Of a stretch of DNA of 64,000 nucleotides, positions 17,953-28,265 are shown piece after piece. The notes under the pieces were generated by a model, which was not told the origin of the DNA, did no database searches, and saw only the letters and a program-made list of their open reading frames with translations. Numbering within the stretch: position 1 is the stretch's first letter; each line of letters opens with the position of its first letter. The stretch covers positions 1 to 64,000 of the forward strand of contig CANQKE010000009.1 in NCBI GenBank assembly GCA_947624435.1, written 5' to 3'. A program made the position numbers and the translations under genes. The stretch is from an uncultured Ruminiclostridium sp. GTDB lineage: Bacteria > Bacillota > Clostridia > Oscillospirales > Ruminococcaceae.

Positions 17953-18474
17953 TTATTTTTTACTTTCGTTTTCGGCGGCTCGGTCGAGCAGCAGCACCGC
18001 CTCCGTTTTTATCTCGCGGGAAGCGTAAATTCCGGTGTCAGCGTATTTCAGCGCGTTTTCCGCTTTATCCGCTGCGGCAAGACGGTCGCCCTGCTTTTCC
18101 AGACGCTTCGCCTCGGCTATGCTGCATCTTGCCATAAGCGCCGCCGCCTCGTCGGAAAATACGCTGTTATCCAGCTTTTCGGCAGCTTTCATACACTCGG
18201 CGTATTTTTCCTCAAGAAACGCCCGCTTTGCTAAAGAAAGCAGATGCACCTCGTCAGGCTGCGCTTCGTCTATATCCTCGTCCATCAGCTGACCGAACGG
18301 TATATCCAGCCGCTGCGCCAGATATTCGAGCGTTTTCACCGACGGGTAAGCGTTCCCGCTTTCTATCCGGCTGAGCATGTTTCTGGTTATGAAGTCGCCG
18401 ACCAGCTCAGACTGTGTCATCTTGCGCTGAATGCGTACTTCTTTTATTCGCTTTCCGAGCTGCTGTGCGTTCAT
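17953..18474 (-). CDS. XRE-family HTH transcriptional regulator with C-terminal TPR-like domain
   Basis: HTH QSELVGDFITRNMLSRIESG; helical TPR-like C-terminus. Confidence 0.8.
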   Translation of the reverse strand: MNAQQLGKRIKEVRIQRKMTQSELVGDFITRNMLSRIESGNAYPSVKTLEYLAQRLDIPFGQLMDEDIDEAQPDEVHLLSLAKRAFLEEKYAECMKAAEKLDNSVFSDEAAALMARCSIAEAKRLEKQGDRLAAADKAENALKYADTGIYASREIKTEAVLLLDRAAENESKK

Positions 18475-18665
18475 GACCGCTCCTTTCTCTAACCGACGAA
18501 TGTTTTACCGCAGGTAAATATTATTTACTAATAACTTAATTCTATCAGAAAACGCCGAAAAAATCAAGTGAAATAACGTTCGGAGCGTTTTTTCTCTTTT
18601 CTGCACAAAAAACAGTAAAATATAATGTATATAGTGACGATTTTTAGGTTTTGCGTCAAAAAATA

Positions 18666-18693
18666 TTGACATTTACGGTGAAAGTGATATAAT
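18666..18693 (+). promoter_or_regulatory. candidate promoter TTGACA-16-TATAAT
   Basis: Consensus hexamers about 40 nt upstream of the lipoprotein gene. Confidence 0.5.
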
Positions 18694-18732
18694 TAAGGTA
18701 AATAAAAATTACACAATTGAAAGGAAATAGGC

Positions 18733-19392
18733 ATGACAGGTTTTCGGAGAGCGATATGGTTTAGAGCCGGCGTACTTTTATTGGCGGCCGTGATATGTAT
18801 TTCTTCGCTTTCCGCGTGCAAGAAAGAGAAAGAGACCGAAGAGGTCTCTCTTTCGCCGCGTCAGATAGTAGAGAAGATCTTCACGCTTGCCAAGGATAAG
18901 GAATACGACGAGCTGGCGTATTACTGCCGCAGCTTTTCACCGTACAGCATGCAGCTTTATTTTGACGATACCGGCACGGATTACGATATGGAATGGACGC
19001 AGAGCTATTCCGATATAATGTATAAACTGTTCGACAGCTATGTGACCTACACACAGCTGAATGAGACGTTGGATTACGAGGGGCGCACCGCGGTCGTTAC
19101 CGGAACGTTTACCTCTATGGATATGGAAAAATTCAACGAGATGACCGACTCAGACATCAATAACGGGCTCAAAACCGATTTTGACGCGCAGATGAAATAT
19201 ATAGATTCCGTCGTCGGGGATATGAGCCTTAAGTCAAAGCCGTTTGAGCTTGCGATAGATTTCCGCTACACCGACGAAGAATGGGTACTGTCGGACAAGA
19301 GCTTTCTGGTGCTGCTGACACTGGGATATTATAACGATTCGCAGCCGACTCCCGGACAGTCGGTAAGTCCAAAATCATCCGATAAGAGTTAA
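18733..19392 (+). CDS. lipoprotein (lipobox LSAC), function unknown
   Basis: Signal peptide MTGFRRAIWFRAGVLLLAAVICISSLSAC. Confidence 0.7.
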   Translation: MTGFRRAIWFRAGVLLLAAVICISSLSACKKEKETEEVSLSPRQIVEKIFTLAKDKEYDELAYYCRSFSPYSMQLYFDDTGTDYDMEWTQSYSDIMYKLFDSYVTYTQLNETLDYEGRTAVVTGTFTSMDMEKFNEMTDSDINNGLKTDFDAQMKYIDSVVGDMSLKSKPFELAIDFRYTDEEWVLSDKSFLVLLTLGYYNDSQPTPGQSVSPKSSDKS

Positions 19393-19444
19393 GACGGTAA
19401 AACGGTTTTTGTGGTTTGTAATTTCTTTACAAGGGGGAAATTTT

Positions 19445-20101
19445 ATGGCTGAATGGTGGGGCTCGCTGGAGCTTGCACAGCAGATCTTTTATTGTATAGC
19501 CATACCCTCCACGCTGATAATCATTATTCAGGCAATAATGGTAATGATAGGCATGGGCAGCGGGGGAGAAGGAGTGAATTTCAGCGACACCTCCGGTTTG
19601 GACGGCGGCGTTGATATTCCCGACGCTCCGGATGTTTCCGACGTAAGCGACGTCGGTACTGATATCGCCGACGGCAGCAACCCGGCGGATTTCGGTACTA
19701 TGCAGATATTTACCGTACAGGGGATAATGGCGTTTCTCTGCGTGTTCAGCTGGAGCGGTATAGTATGTATGTCGCTCGGACTGCATGTTGCGCTTGCTGT
19801 TATCATCGGGCTGGTGCTGGGCTTTCTCGCCATGCTCGGAGTAGCGAAGGTGATACAGCTTACCGCCCGCCTCGCTCAAAGTGGAAACATTGATATCAAA
19901 AAGCTCCTCGGCGAAAAAGGAAACGTGTATATCCCCGTTCCCGCCGCAGGAAACGGACAGGGCAAGGTAATTGTGACCGCCGGAGAGCGTTATATAGAAA
20001 TGTCGGCGGTGACCGATGAAGAAACGTCTATTCCCACCGGTACGCCGGTTCGCGTGACAGATATACGCGGCGATGTGCTGGTGGTCGAAAAAGATACATA
20101 A
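19445..20101 (+). CDS. NfeD-family membrane protein (flotillin partner)
   Basis: Start at ATG 19445 (SD GGGGGAA); N-terminal TM segments and C-terminal OB-fold GKVIVTAGERYIEMSAVTDEETSIPTGTPVRVTDIRGDVLVV. Confidence 0.8.
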   Translation: MAEWWGSLELAQQIFYCIAIPSTLIIIIQAIMVMIGMGSGGEGVNFSDTSGLDGGVDIPDAPDVSDVSDVGTDIADGSNPADFGTMQIFTVQGIMAFLCVFSWSGIVCMSLGLHVALAVIIGLVLGFLAMLGVAKVIQLTARLAQSGNIDIKKLLGEKGNVYIPVPAAGNGQGKVIVTAGERYIEMSAVTDEETSIPTGTPVRVTDIRGDVLVVEKDT

Positions 20102-20113
20102 GGAGGAAATAAT

Positions 20114-21502
20114 ATGCAGCCGGAGATTTTAATAGCGATATGTGTTATCGTGGTGATACTGTTCGCTTTGATAATGGGGATACTTTCCCGCTACCGGAAA
20201 TGCCCGTCCGATAAGATACTGGTTATCTACGGTAAGGTGGGCAGCGACCGCAACGGTCAGGCGCGCAGCGCGAAGTGCATTCACGGCGGCGCGGCGTTCA
20301 TACTGCCGATACTTCAGTCCTACCAGTTTATGGACTTAACGCCGATATCGCTGAATGTAGACCTTAAAAACGCGCTTTCCAAGCAGAATATCCGTGTTGA
20401 CGTACCGTCAAGATTTACGGTAGGTATCTCTACCGAGCCTACCATCATGCAAAACGCCGCAGAGCGTTTGCTCGGCCTTAAAATGGACGAGATACAGGAG
20501 CTGGCAAAGGATATAATTTTAGGTCAGCTGCGTCTGGTCATCGCCACTATGGAGATAGAGGAGATAAACGCCGACCGCGATAAGTTCTTAGTAGCCGTAT
20601 CCAATAACGTGGAGATAGAGCTTAAAAAGATAGGTCTGCGGCTTATCAACGTAAACCTCACCGATATAAACGACGAGTCGGGATATATCGAGGCGCTCGG
20701 TAAAGAAGCGGCAGCAAAGGCTATCAACGACGCTAAAAAATCCGTTGCGGAAAAAGACCGCGACGGTGAGATAGGTCAGGCAAACGCCCGCAGAGATCAG
20801 CGTATCCAGGTAGCAGCCGCAAACGCTACCGCTATCAAGGGCGAAAACGAATCCAAGATAGAGATAGCACAGTCCGAGGCGTTAAGGCGTGAGCGCGAGG
20901 CGGAGGCTATGCGTATAGCTACCGCGGCAGAAGCAGTCCAGGCGGCTAAGGCTAAGGAAGAAGCCTACGTCGCTCAGCAGCAGGCAGAGCAGACCCGTGC
21001 GGCTCTTGAGACCGCTACCCAGCAGGCGGACATCATCGTAAAGGCAAAGATTGCCAAGGAGCAGGCGGAGATAGAGGCGGAGGCTCAGGCGGAGGTAGCA
21101 CGTCGTACCGCAAAAGGTGAGGCGGACGCGCTGTTCGCTAAGATGGAGGCTCAGGCAAAGGGTACTCAGGAGATACTTTCAAAACAGGCGGCAGGTATGC
21201 GCGAGCTTGTTGTAGCGGCGGGCGGCGACGCAGATAAGGCTATCCGTCTTATCATAGCCAACAACATGGAAGAGCTGATGAAGATACAGGTAGACGCTAT
21301 CAAGAACATCAAGATAGATAAGGTCACCGTATGGGACGGCGGCTCCGGCAAGGACGGCAAGACGGCCACCGCGGATTTTCTGAGCGGAATGCTTAAATCC
21401 ATTCCCCCGATGAGCGAAATGTTTGATCAGGCGGGCATGGATCTTCCGAAATTCTTAGGAGAAAAAACCCCGTCGGAAACTCCTCAGACTCTCGACCAGT
21501 AA
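20114..21502 (+). CDS. flotillin-like SPFH/band-7 protein (FloA/YqiK-like)
   Basis: N-terminal TM, SPFH domain, long Ala/Glu-rich coiled coil (EAEAMRIATAAEAVQAAKAKEEAY). Confidence 0.9.
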   Translation: MQPEILIAICVIVVILFALIMGILSRYRKCPSDKILVIYGKVGSDRNGQARSAKCIHGGAAFILPILQSYQFMDLTPISLNVDLKNALSKQNIRVDVPSRFTVGISTEPTIMQNAAERLLGLKMDEIQELAKDIILGQLRLVIATMEIEEINADRDKFLVAVSNNVEIELKKIGLRLINVNLTDINDESGYIEALGKEAAAKAINDAKKSVAEKDRDGEIGQANARRDQRIQVAAANATAIKGENESKIEIAQSEALRREREAEAMRIATAAEAVQAAKAKEEAYVAQQQAEQTRAALETATQQADIIVKAKIAKEQAEIEAEAQAEVARRTAKGEADALFAKMEAQAKGTQEILSKQAAGMRELVVAAGGDADKAIRLIIANNMEELMKIQVDAIKNIKIDKVTVWDGGSGKDGKTATADFLSGMLKSIPPMSEMFDQAGMDLPKFLGEKTPSETPQTLDQ

Positions 21503-21519
21503 TTAAGAATACATTAAAA

Positions 21520-21550
21520 CGACCGCGTTTACAGCAACGCGGTTGTTTGT
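21520..21550. terminator. bidirectional terminator between flotillin and rubrerythrin
   Basis: ACCGCGTT..AACGCGGT stem flanked by T/A runs. Confidence 0.6.
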
Positions 21551-21551
21551 T

Positions 21552-22094
21552 TTAGGTGGTAATACTGTCTGATTTTCTTTGAAAATACGCTTGCGGCATA
21601 CGGCAGATGGGGCATTGTTTAGGCGGCTGAGTTCCCACGTGGAGATAACCGCAGTTGCGGCACAGCCAGACGCATTCGCCCTCCTCGGTAAACATCTTGC
21701 CGGACAGCAGCCGCTCGCGCAGCATATTGTAACGCTTTTCATGCTCTTTCTCAACGCCCGCCACCATGTCGAACAGCGCGGCGATGTTGTCAAACCCCTC
21801 TTCTCTCGCGGTTTTAGCAAAGTCCGCGTACTGCTGCGACCAGCGGTAATTCTCTCCGCCCGCGGCGTTTTCCAAAGCCTTTTCCGTAGCGGGAATACCG
21901 CCGTTTACCAAACTGAGGAAAAGCTGCGCGTGGGCATGCTCGTTTCTTGCGGTGTTTGAAAACACCTCCGATATTTCGTTATAGCCCTCCTGCTGAGCCT
22001 TTTCCGCGTAGACGCTGTATTTGCTCACCGCCTCCGCCTCACTCTGAAAGGCGGCTCTGAGATTTTCCAATGTGCGTGAACCTTCAAGCTGCAT
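21552..22094 (-). CDS. rbr: rubrerythrin (ferritin-like diiron domain plus C-terminal rubredoxin-like CxxC..CxxC)
   Basis: EAEAVSKYSVYA and ARNEHAHAQLF diiron motifs; CRNCGY..CPICRMP. Confidence 0.9.
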   Translation of the reverse strand: MQLEGSRTLENLRAAFQSEAEAVSKYSVYAEKAQQEGYNEISEVFSNTARNEHAHAQLFLSLVNGGIPATEKALENAAGGENYRWSQQYADFAKTAREEGFDNIAALFDMVAGVEKEHEKRYNMLRERLLSGKMFTEEGECVWLCRNCGYLHVGTQPPKQCPICRMPQAYFQRKSDSITT

Positions 22095-22155
22095 AAGAAT
22101 CGCTCCTTTCCGTTTTTACTATTTTGCTGCGTAAAGGAGCGATTATTCATTTTTT

Positions 22156-22860
22156 TCAGTTAAGGATCTGTTGCTTTTTCTCCTCAAATTCCTCTTTACT
22201 TATCATGCCGGAATCCAGCAGCCTCTTATATTCTCTCAGCTTATCCGCGCCGCCGGTAAGCGGTATATTCTTTTTTACCGGAGCGGGAGTGCTTGCTTTA
22301 AGCCAAATTCCTATGAAAAACAGCGCGGCGGTCTCGAATATACAGCTTGCGAATTGTGCGATAATGCGGAAATAGTTAAAATAAACGCCGTGCGCTTCAT
22401 AAATCGCTTGAAACTCTGCGTAACACATACATTCTCCTATAAATTCTGTCGTATATAGCAGTAGATAAAGAAGCATCAATAAGCTCGGTATAAACCATAT
22501 CATTTTTATGATATGCTCACGCTTTCTTAAACTTTGCGCAAAGAAGAAAATCAAGACGGCATAAGTGACTAACAGGAACATGTTAGTAAAGGAATGTGTA
22601 TATATACTTCCCCAAATGTAATACGCGATCTCGAGCGCCGCTCCCACAATACACCATTTTTTGCTTTTGAAAAATAAAGCCACGGTGATAACGGTCGAAG
22701 CAATAAGGAGTAAAACGGAACTTAATAAATTCGTATAATCCGACCCGACCGTCGTTGTCATAAGAGTTTCAAAACTCATGTAAAGAACGCAGAGCGTACA
22801 CCCGGAGAAAAGTATCGCGGCTGTCAGCGCGTGATCCTTTTGTCTTTTCGCTTTTTCCAT
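22156..22860 (-). CDS. polytopic membrane protein with C-terminal SHOCT domain
   Basis: Six hydrophobic segments; C-terminus REYKRLLDSGMISKEEFEEKKQQILN. Confidence 0.7.
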   Translation of the reverse strand: MEKAKRQKDHALTAAILFSGCTLCVLYMSFETLMTTTVGSDYTNLLSSVLLLIASTVITVALFFKSKKWCIVGAALEIAYYIWGSIYTHSFTNMFLLVTYAVLIFFFAQSLRKREHIIKMIWFIPSLLMLLYLLLYTTEFIGECMCYAEFQAIYEAHGVYFNYFRIIAQFASCIFETAALFFIGIWLKASTPAPVKKNIPLTGGADKLREYKRLLDSGMISKEEFEEKKQQILN

Positions 22861-22890
22861 CTTAATACCTCGCCGTCATTGAAAGCGGTG

Positions 22891-23733
22891 TTATTTTCTT
22901 ATAAACAATATCCCGAGCGTATTCGGTCCGCAATGACTTGACACCGTGCAGCCCGCGAAGGTCTCCAGCACCTCGTCAAACTTCATATACTTTGCAATTT
23001 CGGCTCTCACCGCGTCGGCAAGCCCGTCGGGGCAGGGAGTATGAGTAATGAATATCCGCTTTTGGGATATGTCGAATCTTCCGTCCAGACGCTCTTTCAC
23101 ATATTGCTGTATACATTTTTCAAAATGTCCGCGGTACTTTTTGCCGACCTTCATCTTGCCGTCGACTACCTCTATACAGGGGCGCAGCGAAAGCAAATTT
23201 GCCCCCAATGCCGCAAGCGCCGAGCAGCGGCCGCCCTTTCTGAGATAATCCAGCTTGTCTATCACAAAGCTCGCTTCTACTTTAAGCGCAAGATTTGTCA
23301 GCACATGCACTATCTTCTCCGCGCTTTCGCCGTTTTGCGCCATCTCCGCCGCCTCCAGCACGAGCAGCCCGCTGCCGGTGGAAAGGTTGCGGCTGTCGAT
23401 AACGTAGACGTTTTCAAATTCGTTAGCGGCTATGCAGGCGTTCTGATAGCAGCTTGAAAAATCCGCGCTGATATTTATATGGATAACGGCGTCGTATTCC
23501 TCGCTGAGCGGCTTGAAATAATTGATATAATCTTCGGTGTTTATCGCGGCGGTGGAGGTTATCTCTCCGCCCGCGCTCACATGGTCGAAAATGTCCTGCG
23601 GCACAATTTCGCTCATGTCCTTATAAGACTTTCCGTCCTTTACGATATACAGCGGGAGTATATCTATCCCGTATTTTTCGGTAAGCTCCGGCGACAGATC
23701 GCAGGTGCTGTCGGCAGTGATCTTTATCTTCAT
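22891..23733 (-). CDS. DegV family fatty-acid-binding protein
   Basis: MKIKITADSTCDL..DILPLYI N-terminus typical of DegV. Confidence 0.9.
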   Translation of the reverse strand: MKIKITADSTCDLSPELTEKYGIDILPLYIVKDGKSYKDMSEIVPQDIFDHVSAGGEITSTAAINTEDYINYFKPLSEEYDAVIHINISADFSSCYQNACIAANEFENVYVIDSRNLSTGSGLLVLEAAEMAQNGESAEKIVHVLTNLALKVEASFVIDKLDYLRKGGRCSALAALGANLLSLRPCIEVVDGKMKVGKKYRGHFEKCIQQYVKERLDGRFDISQKRIFITHTPCPDGLADAVRAEIAKYMKFDEVLETFAGCTVSSHCGPNTLGILFIRK

Positions 23734-23848
23734 ACAAATTCCTTCCCCGAAAATGTTTACTTAACTAAGTTAATATTACCATGTTTCGTTATAATTTGCA
23801 AGAGTAAATTTGAAAATGAAAATTTTTTATGAAATGTGCATAAAAAAC

Positions 23849-23877
23849 TTGACAAAAGCTATAAGATAAGTTAAAAT
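23849..23877 (+). promoter_or_regulatory. candidate promoter TTGACA-17-TAAAAT
   Basis: Exact hexamers and spacing upstream of 23938. Confidence 0.55.
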
Positions 23878-23937
23878 ATTAATGTGAAATTCACGGCGCT
23901 TGACGGTGAAAAATTTGTTTTTATTTTAGGAGGAATT

Positions 23938-24618
23938 ATGCAGTACGAAATTAAGGGTACTCCGCTTCCGGTGGTAATTTGCAACGTAGCGGACGGAGAA
24001 TCGATGATAACCGACAAAGGCGGTATGAGCTGGATGACGCCGAATATGGTCATGTCCACCAACGCCGGCGGCAGCGTGGGAAAAGCAATGTCGAGAATGT
24101 TTTCCGGCGAGTCGATGTTCCAGAACGTCTACACGGCGCAGGGAGGCCCCGGACAGATAGCGTTCGCTTCCAGCTTCCCGGGTGAGATACTCGCTATGGA
24201 GATAGGCAACGGAAAATCCATCGTTGCACAGAAATCCGCTTTCATGGCGTCTGAGGCTACCGTTCAGATGAGCATACACTTCCAGCGCAAAATGGGCGCG
24301 GGCTTCTTCGGCGGCGAGGGCTTTATCATGCAGCGCTTTGACGGTCAGGGCATGGTTTTCCTTGAAATAGACGGCGCGGTAATTACATACGACCTTCAGG
24401 CAGGTCAGTCCATGCTGCTGGATACCGGACATCTTGCCGCTATGGATTCTACCGTTCAGATCTCGATAGAATCCGTTAAGGGTATCGGCAATAAGCTGTT
24501 CGGCGGCGAAGGCTTCTTCAACACCAGAGTTACCGGCCCGGGCAGGATCTGGCTGCAAACAATGCCTGCTTCTGCGGTAGCGTCGGCAATTTCACCGTTT
24601 ATAGCGACCGCTAGGTAA
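23938..24618 (+). CDS. AIM24/TIGR00266 family protein
   Basis: ATG 23938 with SD AGGAGG; MQYEIKGTPLPVVICN..GGEGFIMQRF..GGEGFFNTRVTG pattern. Confidence 0.65.
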   Translation: MQYEIKGTPLPVVICNVADGESMITDKGGMSWMTPNMVMSTNAGGSVGKAMSRMFSGESMFQNVYTAQGGPGQIAFASSFPGEILAMEIGNGKSIVAQKSAFMASEATVQMSIHFQRKMGAGFFGGEGFIMQRFDGQGMVFLEIDGAVITYDLQAGQSMLLDTGHLAAMDSTVQISIESVKGIGNKLFGGEGFFNTRVTGPGRIWLQTMPASAVASAISPFIATAR

Positions 24619-24639
24619 ACAAAAGTTATATAATAAAGG

Positions 24640-24680
24640 CTGGCGAAAAAATGTCAGCCTTTTTTCTTTGCTATTTGCCT
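24640..24680 (+). terminator. rho-independent terminator
   Basis: AAGGCTGGC..GTCAGCCTT stem followed by TTTTTTCTTTG. Confidence 0.6.
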
Positions 24681-24756
24681 TGATTTTTATCTCAAAAGAA
24701 TATATAATTGTGATAAAGTACTTTTTCGGAATGTGAGTTTTACACTTTGCTGAATA

Positions 24757-24790
24757 AAGCTCGAAAGGAGAATGCTTGCTTCGCAAGCGG
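24757..24790 (+). repeat. partial copy of R1 core (AAGCTCGAAAGGAGA-ATGCTTGCTTCGCAAGCGG) preceding the beta-mannosidase start
   Basis: Match to the R1 SD plus hairpin; 3' arm degenerate (CAT to CGG). Confidence 0.5.
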
Positions 24791-24798
24791 CAATAAAT

Positions 24799-27294
24799 AT
24801 GAAAATTTCATTAAACGGCGAATGGCGGTTAGTAACTTCCGACGGGAAATACGATACCAAAGCGCAGATACCCGGCTCGCTTTACGGGACGCTTATAAGT
24901 AAGGGGCTTATCGACGACCCGTATTATCGCGACAACGAATATAAAAGCACTTATATCAGCGACACCGACTGCTTATTTTTCCGCAGCTTTGACGCAAAGG
25001 AGATAACGGACTGTGAACATAAGCTGCTGAAATTCTACGGGATAGATACCTTGTCACAGGTGACGCTTAACGGTGTTGAACTCGGAAAGACCGACAATAT
25101 GCACCGCGAGTATGTTTTCGATATCAGCGATATAGTAAAGCCGGAGGGGAATTTGCTGACGGTAAATATTTTTTCTCCTATAAAATACATAAAGGAAAAA
25201 CAATTATCCGAGCCGCTGTGGGGAGTAGCCTCCACCATGCCGGGCTATCCGCATATCAGAAAAGCGCATTATATGTTCGGCTGGGATTGGGGCCCGATTC
25301 TGCCGGACGCGGGGATTTGGCGCGGCGTCGAGCTTATCGGCGTAAACGGAGGGCTTATCGACGGGGTCTATATCTCTCAGGAGCATGAACACGCGGCGGA
25401 CGGGGTCGTAACGCTGGAAGTACAAGCCGGGCTTGCTTACATTGCAAATGGGCTTCAATTGGCTGCAGAGCTTATTTCTACCGACGGCAGGACGTTCACC
25501 GCTAAATCCGACGTAAACGGCGAAAGCTGCGCTCTTTCTTTGACAGTGGACGAGGCTGAGCTGTGGTATCCCCGCGGCTACGGAGAACAGCCTCTGTACG
25601 AGCTTACCGTAACGCTTTATCATAACGGCGAAACCGCGGACGAATATAAGACGAAAATAGGTCTGCGCACCGTGACGGTAAGCCGCGACGACTGTGAAAA
25701 CGGCGTCGGCGAGGAATTTGCTTTTATGGTAAACGGCGTAAAGCTGTTCGCCATGGGCGCGAATTATATCCCGGAGGATCAGATAATTTCCCGCTGCAAC
25801 AAGGAAAGGACTGCCCGCCTGCTTGAGAATTGCTGCAAGGCAAATTACAACATGATAAGAGTGTGGGGCGGCGGCTATTACCCGGACGATCGGTTTTACG
25901 ATGAATGCGACAGGCTGGGACTGCTGGTGTGGCAGGACTTTATGTTCGCCTGCTCGGTATATAGGGCGGACGCTGAGTTTATAAATACTGTCAGAGCCGA
26001 GGTGAGGGATAATATAAAGCGGCTGCGCAATCATCCGAGCCTTGCCATGTGGTGCGGCAACAACGAAATAGAATCGATGTGGCCGGGCTGGGGTCTGCCA
26101 AAAGACCAACAGAAGTACCGCGAGGATTATCTTGTGCTGTTTGAGCAGGTACTTCCCGAAGAGCTGGAAAAGTACGATCCCGTCACCTTTTACTGGCCGT
26201 CCTCGCCGTCCTCCGGAGGGGGATTTGACAATACCGGCGACGAAACACGCGGCGACTGGCATTACTGGTCGGTGTGGCACGGACTAAAGCCGTTTACGGA
26301 TTATTATAACTATCATTACCGCTTTTGTTCGGAGTTCGGATTCGAGTCGCTGCCGGATATGAAAACAATAAACACCTTTGCAAAAAAGCAGGACCTCAAT
26401 CTTTGCTGTCCGGTAATGGAGGCGCACCAGAAATGCGAGGGCGGCACCGAAAAGATAATGTACTACCTCGCTCAGATGGTGCATTATCCCTACAGCTTTT
26501 CCGCGCTGGTGTACGCGTCGCAGATAGTGCAGGCGGACGCGGTAAGGATAAACGCCGAACACATGCGCCGCTCGCGGGGTATATGTATGGGCTGCCTTTA
26601 TTGGCAGGTCAACGACTCTAATCCGGTGATATCCTGGTCATCCGTCGATTATTACGGCAGACTGAAAGCGCTGCATTACCATGCGGCAAAATTCTTTTCG
26701 CCGGTGCTCATCTCTGCCGAAAGATCCGGCAATGATATCGTGCTGAATGTTTCTTCCGAAAGGCAGCAGCCGTTCGTCGGTGAAATTATATGGAATACCC
26801 GCCTTAATACCGGCGAGATAATAGCGTCCGGCTCTGTGCTGACATCAATAAAACCGCTTTCGGCAAAGGATATTATAGCGTTTGACGAGCAGACTACGCG
26901 CCTTACCGAAGAGAACAAAAACCGCGCGTATCTTGAGTTTTCCGTTACCGAAAATAAAAACGTTATAAGCTCCGGCATATACCATGCGGTTCAGCCCAAG
27001 GCGTTCAGCTTTCTTGACCCGCAGCTCAGTATAAGCGTTGCCGACGAGGGTGAACGCTTTGCGGTATCGGTCAGCGCCTTAGCTTACGCAAAGGGCGTGC
27101 GGCTGGATACCGACGGATTCGACTGCGTCTTTTCGGATAACTGGTTCGATATCCATGCCGATACGGTGACGGTTTATGCGGATAAAAGCGGACTTCCCGA
27201 CGGAATGACGCTCGAAAAATTTTCCTCCTCGCTTACCGCCGTATCGTATTTTGAGGCTATGGGACTGTCTGAGCAGGGCGTAAAGGAAGCATAA
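24799..27294 (+). CDS. beta-mannosidase, glycoside hydrolase family 2
   Basis: GH2 beta-mannosidase architecture; WQDFMFAC, NEY and WYWPSSPS regions; start ambiguous between 24772 (inside the R1 hairpin, MLASQAAIN-) and 24799 (MKISLNGEW). Confidence 0.85.
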   Translation: MKISLNGEWRLVTSDGKYDTKAQIPGSLYGTLISKGLIDDPYYRDNEYKSTYISDTDCLFFRSFDAKEITDCEHKLLKFYGIDTLSQVTLNGVELGKTDNMHREYVFDISDIVKPEGNLLTVNIFSPIKYIKEKQLSEPLWGVASTMPGYPHIRKAHYMFGWDWGPILPDAGIWRGVELIGVNGGLIDGVYISQEHEHAADGVVTLEVQAGLAYIANGLQLAAELISTDGRTFTAKSDVNGESCALSLTVDEAELWYPRGYGEQPLYELTVTLYHNGETADEYKTKIGLRTVTVSRDDCENGVGEEFAFMVNGVKLFAMGANYIPEDQIISRCNKERTARLLENCCKANYNMIRVWGGGYYPDDRFYDECDRLGLLVWQDFMFACSVYRADAEFINTVRAEVRDNIKRLRNHPSLAMWCGNNEIESMWPGWGLPKDQQKYREDYLVLFEQVLPEELEKYDPVTFYWPSSPSSGGGFDNTGDETRGDWHYWSVWHGLKPFTDYYNYHYRFCSEFGFESLPDMKTINTFAKKQDLNLCCPVMEAHQKCEGGTEKIMYYLAQMVHYPYSFSALVYASQIVQADAVRINAEHMRRSRGICMGCLYWQVNDSNPVISWSSVDYYGRLKALHYHAAKFFSPVLISAERSGNDIVLNVSSERQQPFVGEIIWNTRLNTGEIIASGSVLTSIKPLSAKDIIAFDEQTTRLTEENKNRAYLEFSVTENKNVISSGIYHAVQPKAFSFLDPQLSISVADEGERFAVSVSALAYAKGVRLDTDGFDCVFSDNWFDIHADTVTVYADKSGLPDGMTLEKFSSSLTAVSYFEAMGLSEQGVKEA

Positions 27295-27442
27295 TTGCGG
27301 CAAAATCGAAAAAATTTGCCTGTCCGCTTGCAAAGTAGGCGACAATGTGGTAAAATTAATATGCCGTTAAAAAAACGGTAATATATTATTTATTGAAATT
27401 CGCCGCCGGGGACGGCAGTATCATTTGTAAGGAGTTGTTAGC

Positions 27443-28258
27443 TTGGCTTTTAAGCTGTTCGATTATAACAGTGCGGGCAAAGGCGTTGCAAAACACGGCC
27501 CGGAGAAAAAACCGTTTTTCAAATTTTTCGAGATATTCGCAAGAAAATTCTGGAAGCTCATCGAGATAAACATGATATTCGTGCTTTTCTGTATCCCTAT
27601 AGTGACGTTCGGCCCTGCGGTCGCCGCTATGACGCACGTTATGCGAAAATTCATGCTGGAGCAGCCGTGCTTCGTCTTTGATGAATTTTTCACCGCTTTC
27701 AAGAAAAATTTCAAGCAGTCGTTTTTCGTGGGAATAGTGGACGTTATCTGCATAGTTTCGCTTTGGATAGTGTGCAGCGCGTTTTTCACCGATCCGGCGG
27801 CGTCCGGAGAAAGACTTATGATGATGGGATTTTTCTTCGGAGTAGGCACGATATTCTTTATGATGCACTTTTATATCTATGTCGAGATAGTCGCGCTGAA
27901 CCTTAAAATGAAAGCCATACTTAAAAACGCGCTGTTTCTGGTGTTCTTAGGAGTAAAACGCAACGTCATCGCTTTGCTTATAAATCTGGTATTTATCACG
28001 GTGCTGATATTGTTTCTGCCGTTTTCCGCTACGGTAATGATATTCCTGCCGTTATCGTGGATGTGCTTTGCTACGGTGTTTATCTGCTATCCCGTGGTGC
28101 AGAAATACATTGTAAACCCGTATTATGAAGAACGCGGAGAGCGCAATCCTGAGCTGCCGGAAGAGCCGGAGGAATCCGAAACGGTATTCGTTGACCGCGG
28201 AGGTTCGGAAGAGGCGGTAAGATCCGTCACCAAAACTCACGGAAAGGTAATAAAATAA
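27443..28258 (+). CDS. DUF624 (YesL-like) membrane protein
   Basis: TTG start 6 nt after AAGGAG; MAFKLFDYNSAGKG..FFKFFEIFARKFWKLIEINMIF pattern. Confidence 0.65.
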   Translation: MAFKLFDYNSAGKGVAKHGPEKKPFFKFFEIFARKFWKLIEINMIFVLFCIPIVTFGPAVAAMTHVMRKFMLEQPCFVFDEFFTAFKKNFKQSFFVGIVDVICIVSLWIVCSAFFTDPAASGERLMMMGFFFGVGTIFFMMHFYIYVEIVALNLKMKAILKNALFLVFLGVKRNVIALLINLVFITVLILFLPFSATVMIFLPLSWMCFATVFICYPVVQKYIVNPYYEERGERNPELPEEPEESETVFVDRGGSEEAVRSVTKTHGKVIK

Positions 28259-28265
28259 TACTATC

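Noticed and set aside
21579-22458. Plus-strand ORFs 21579..21959, 22124..22375, 22171..22458 antisense to rubrerythrin and the SHOCT protein
   Set aside because: Antisense to well-supported genes, with no RBS or domain signal.
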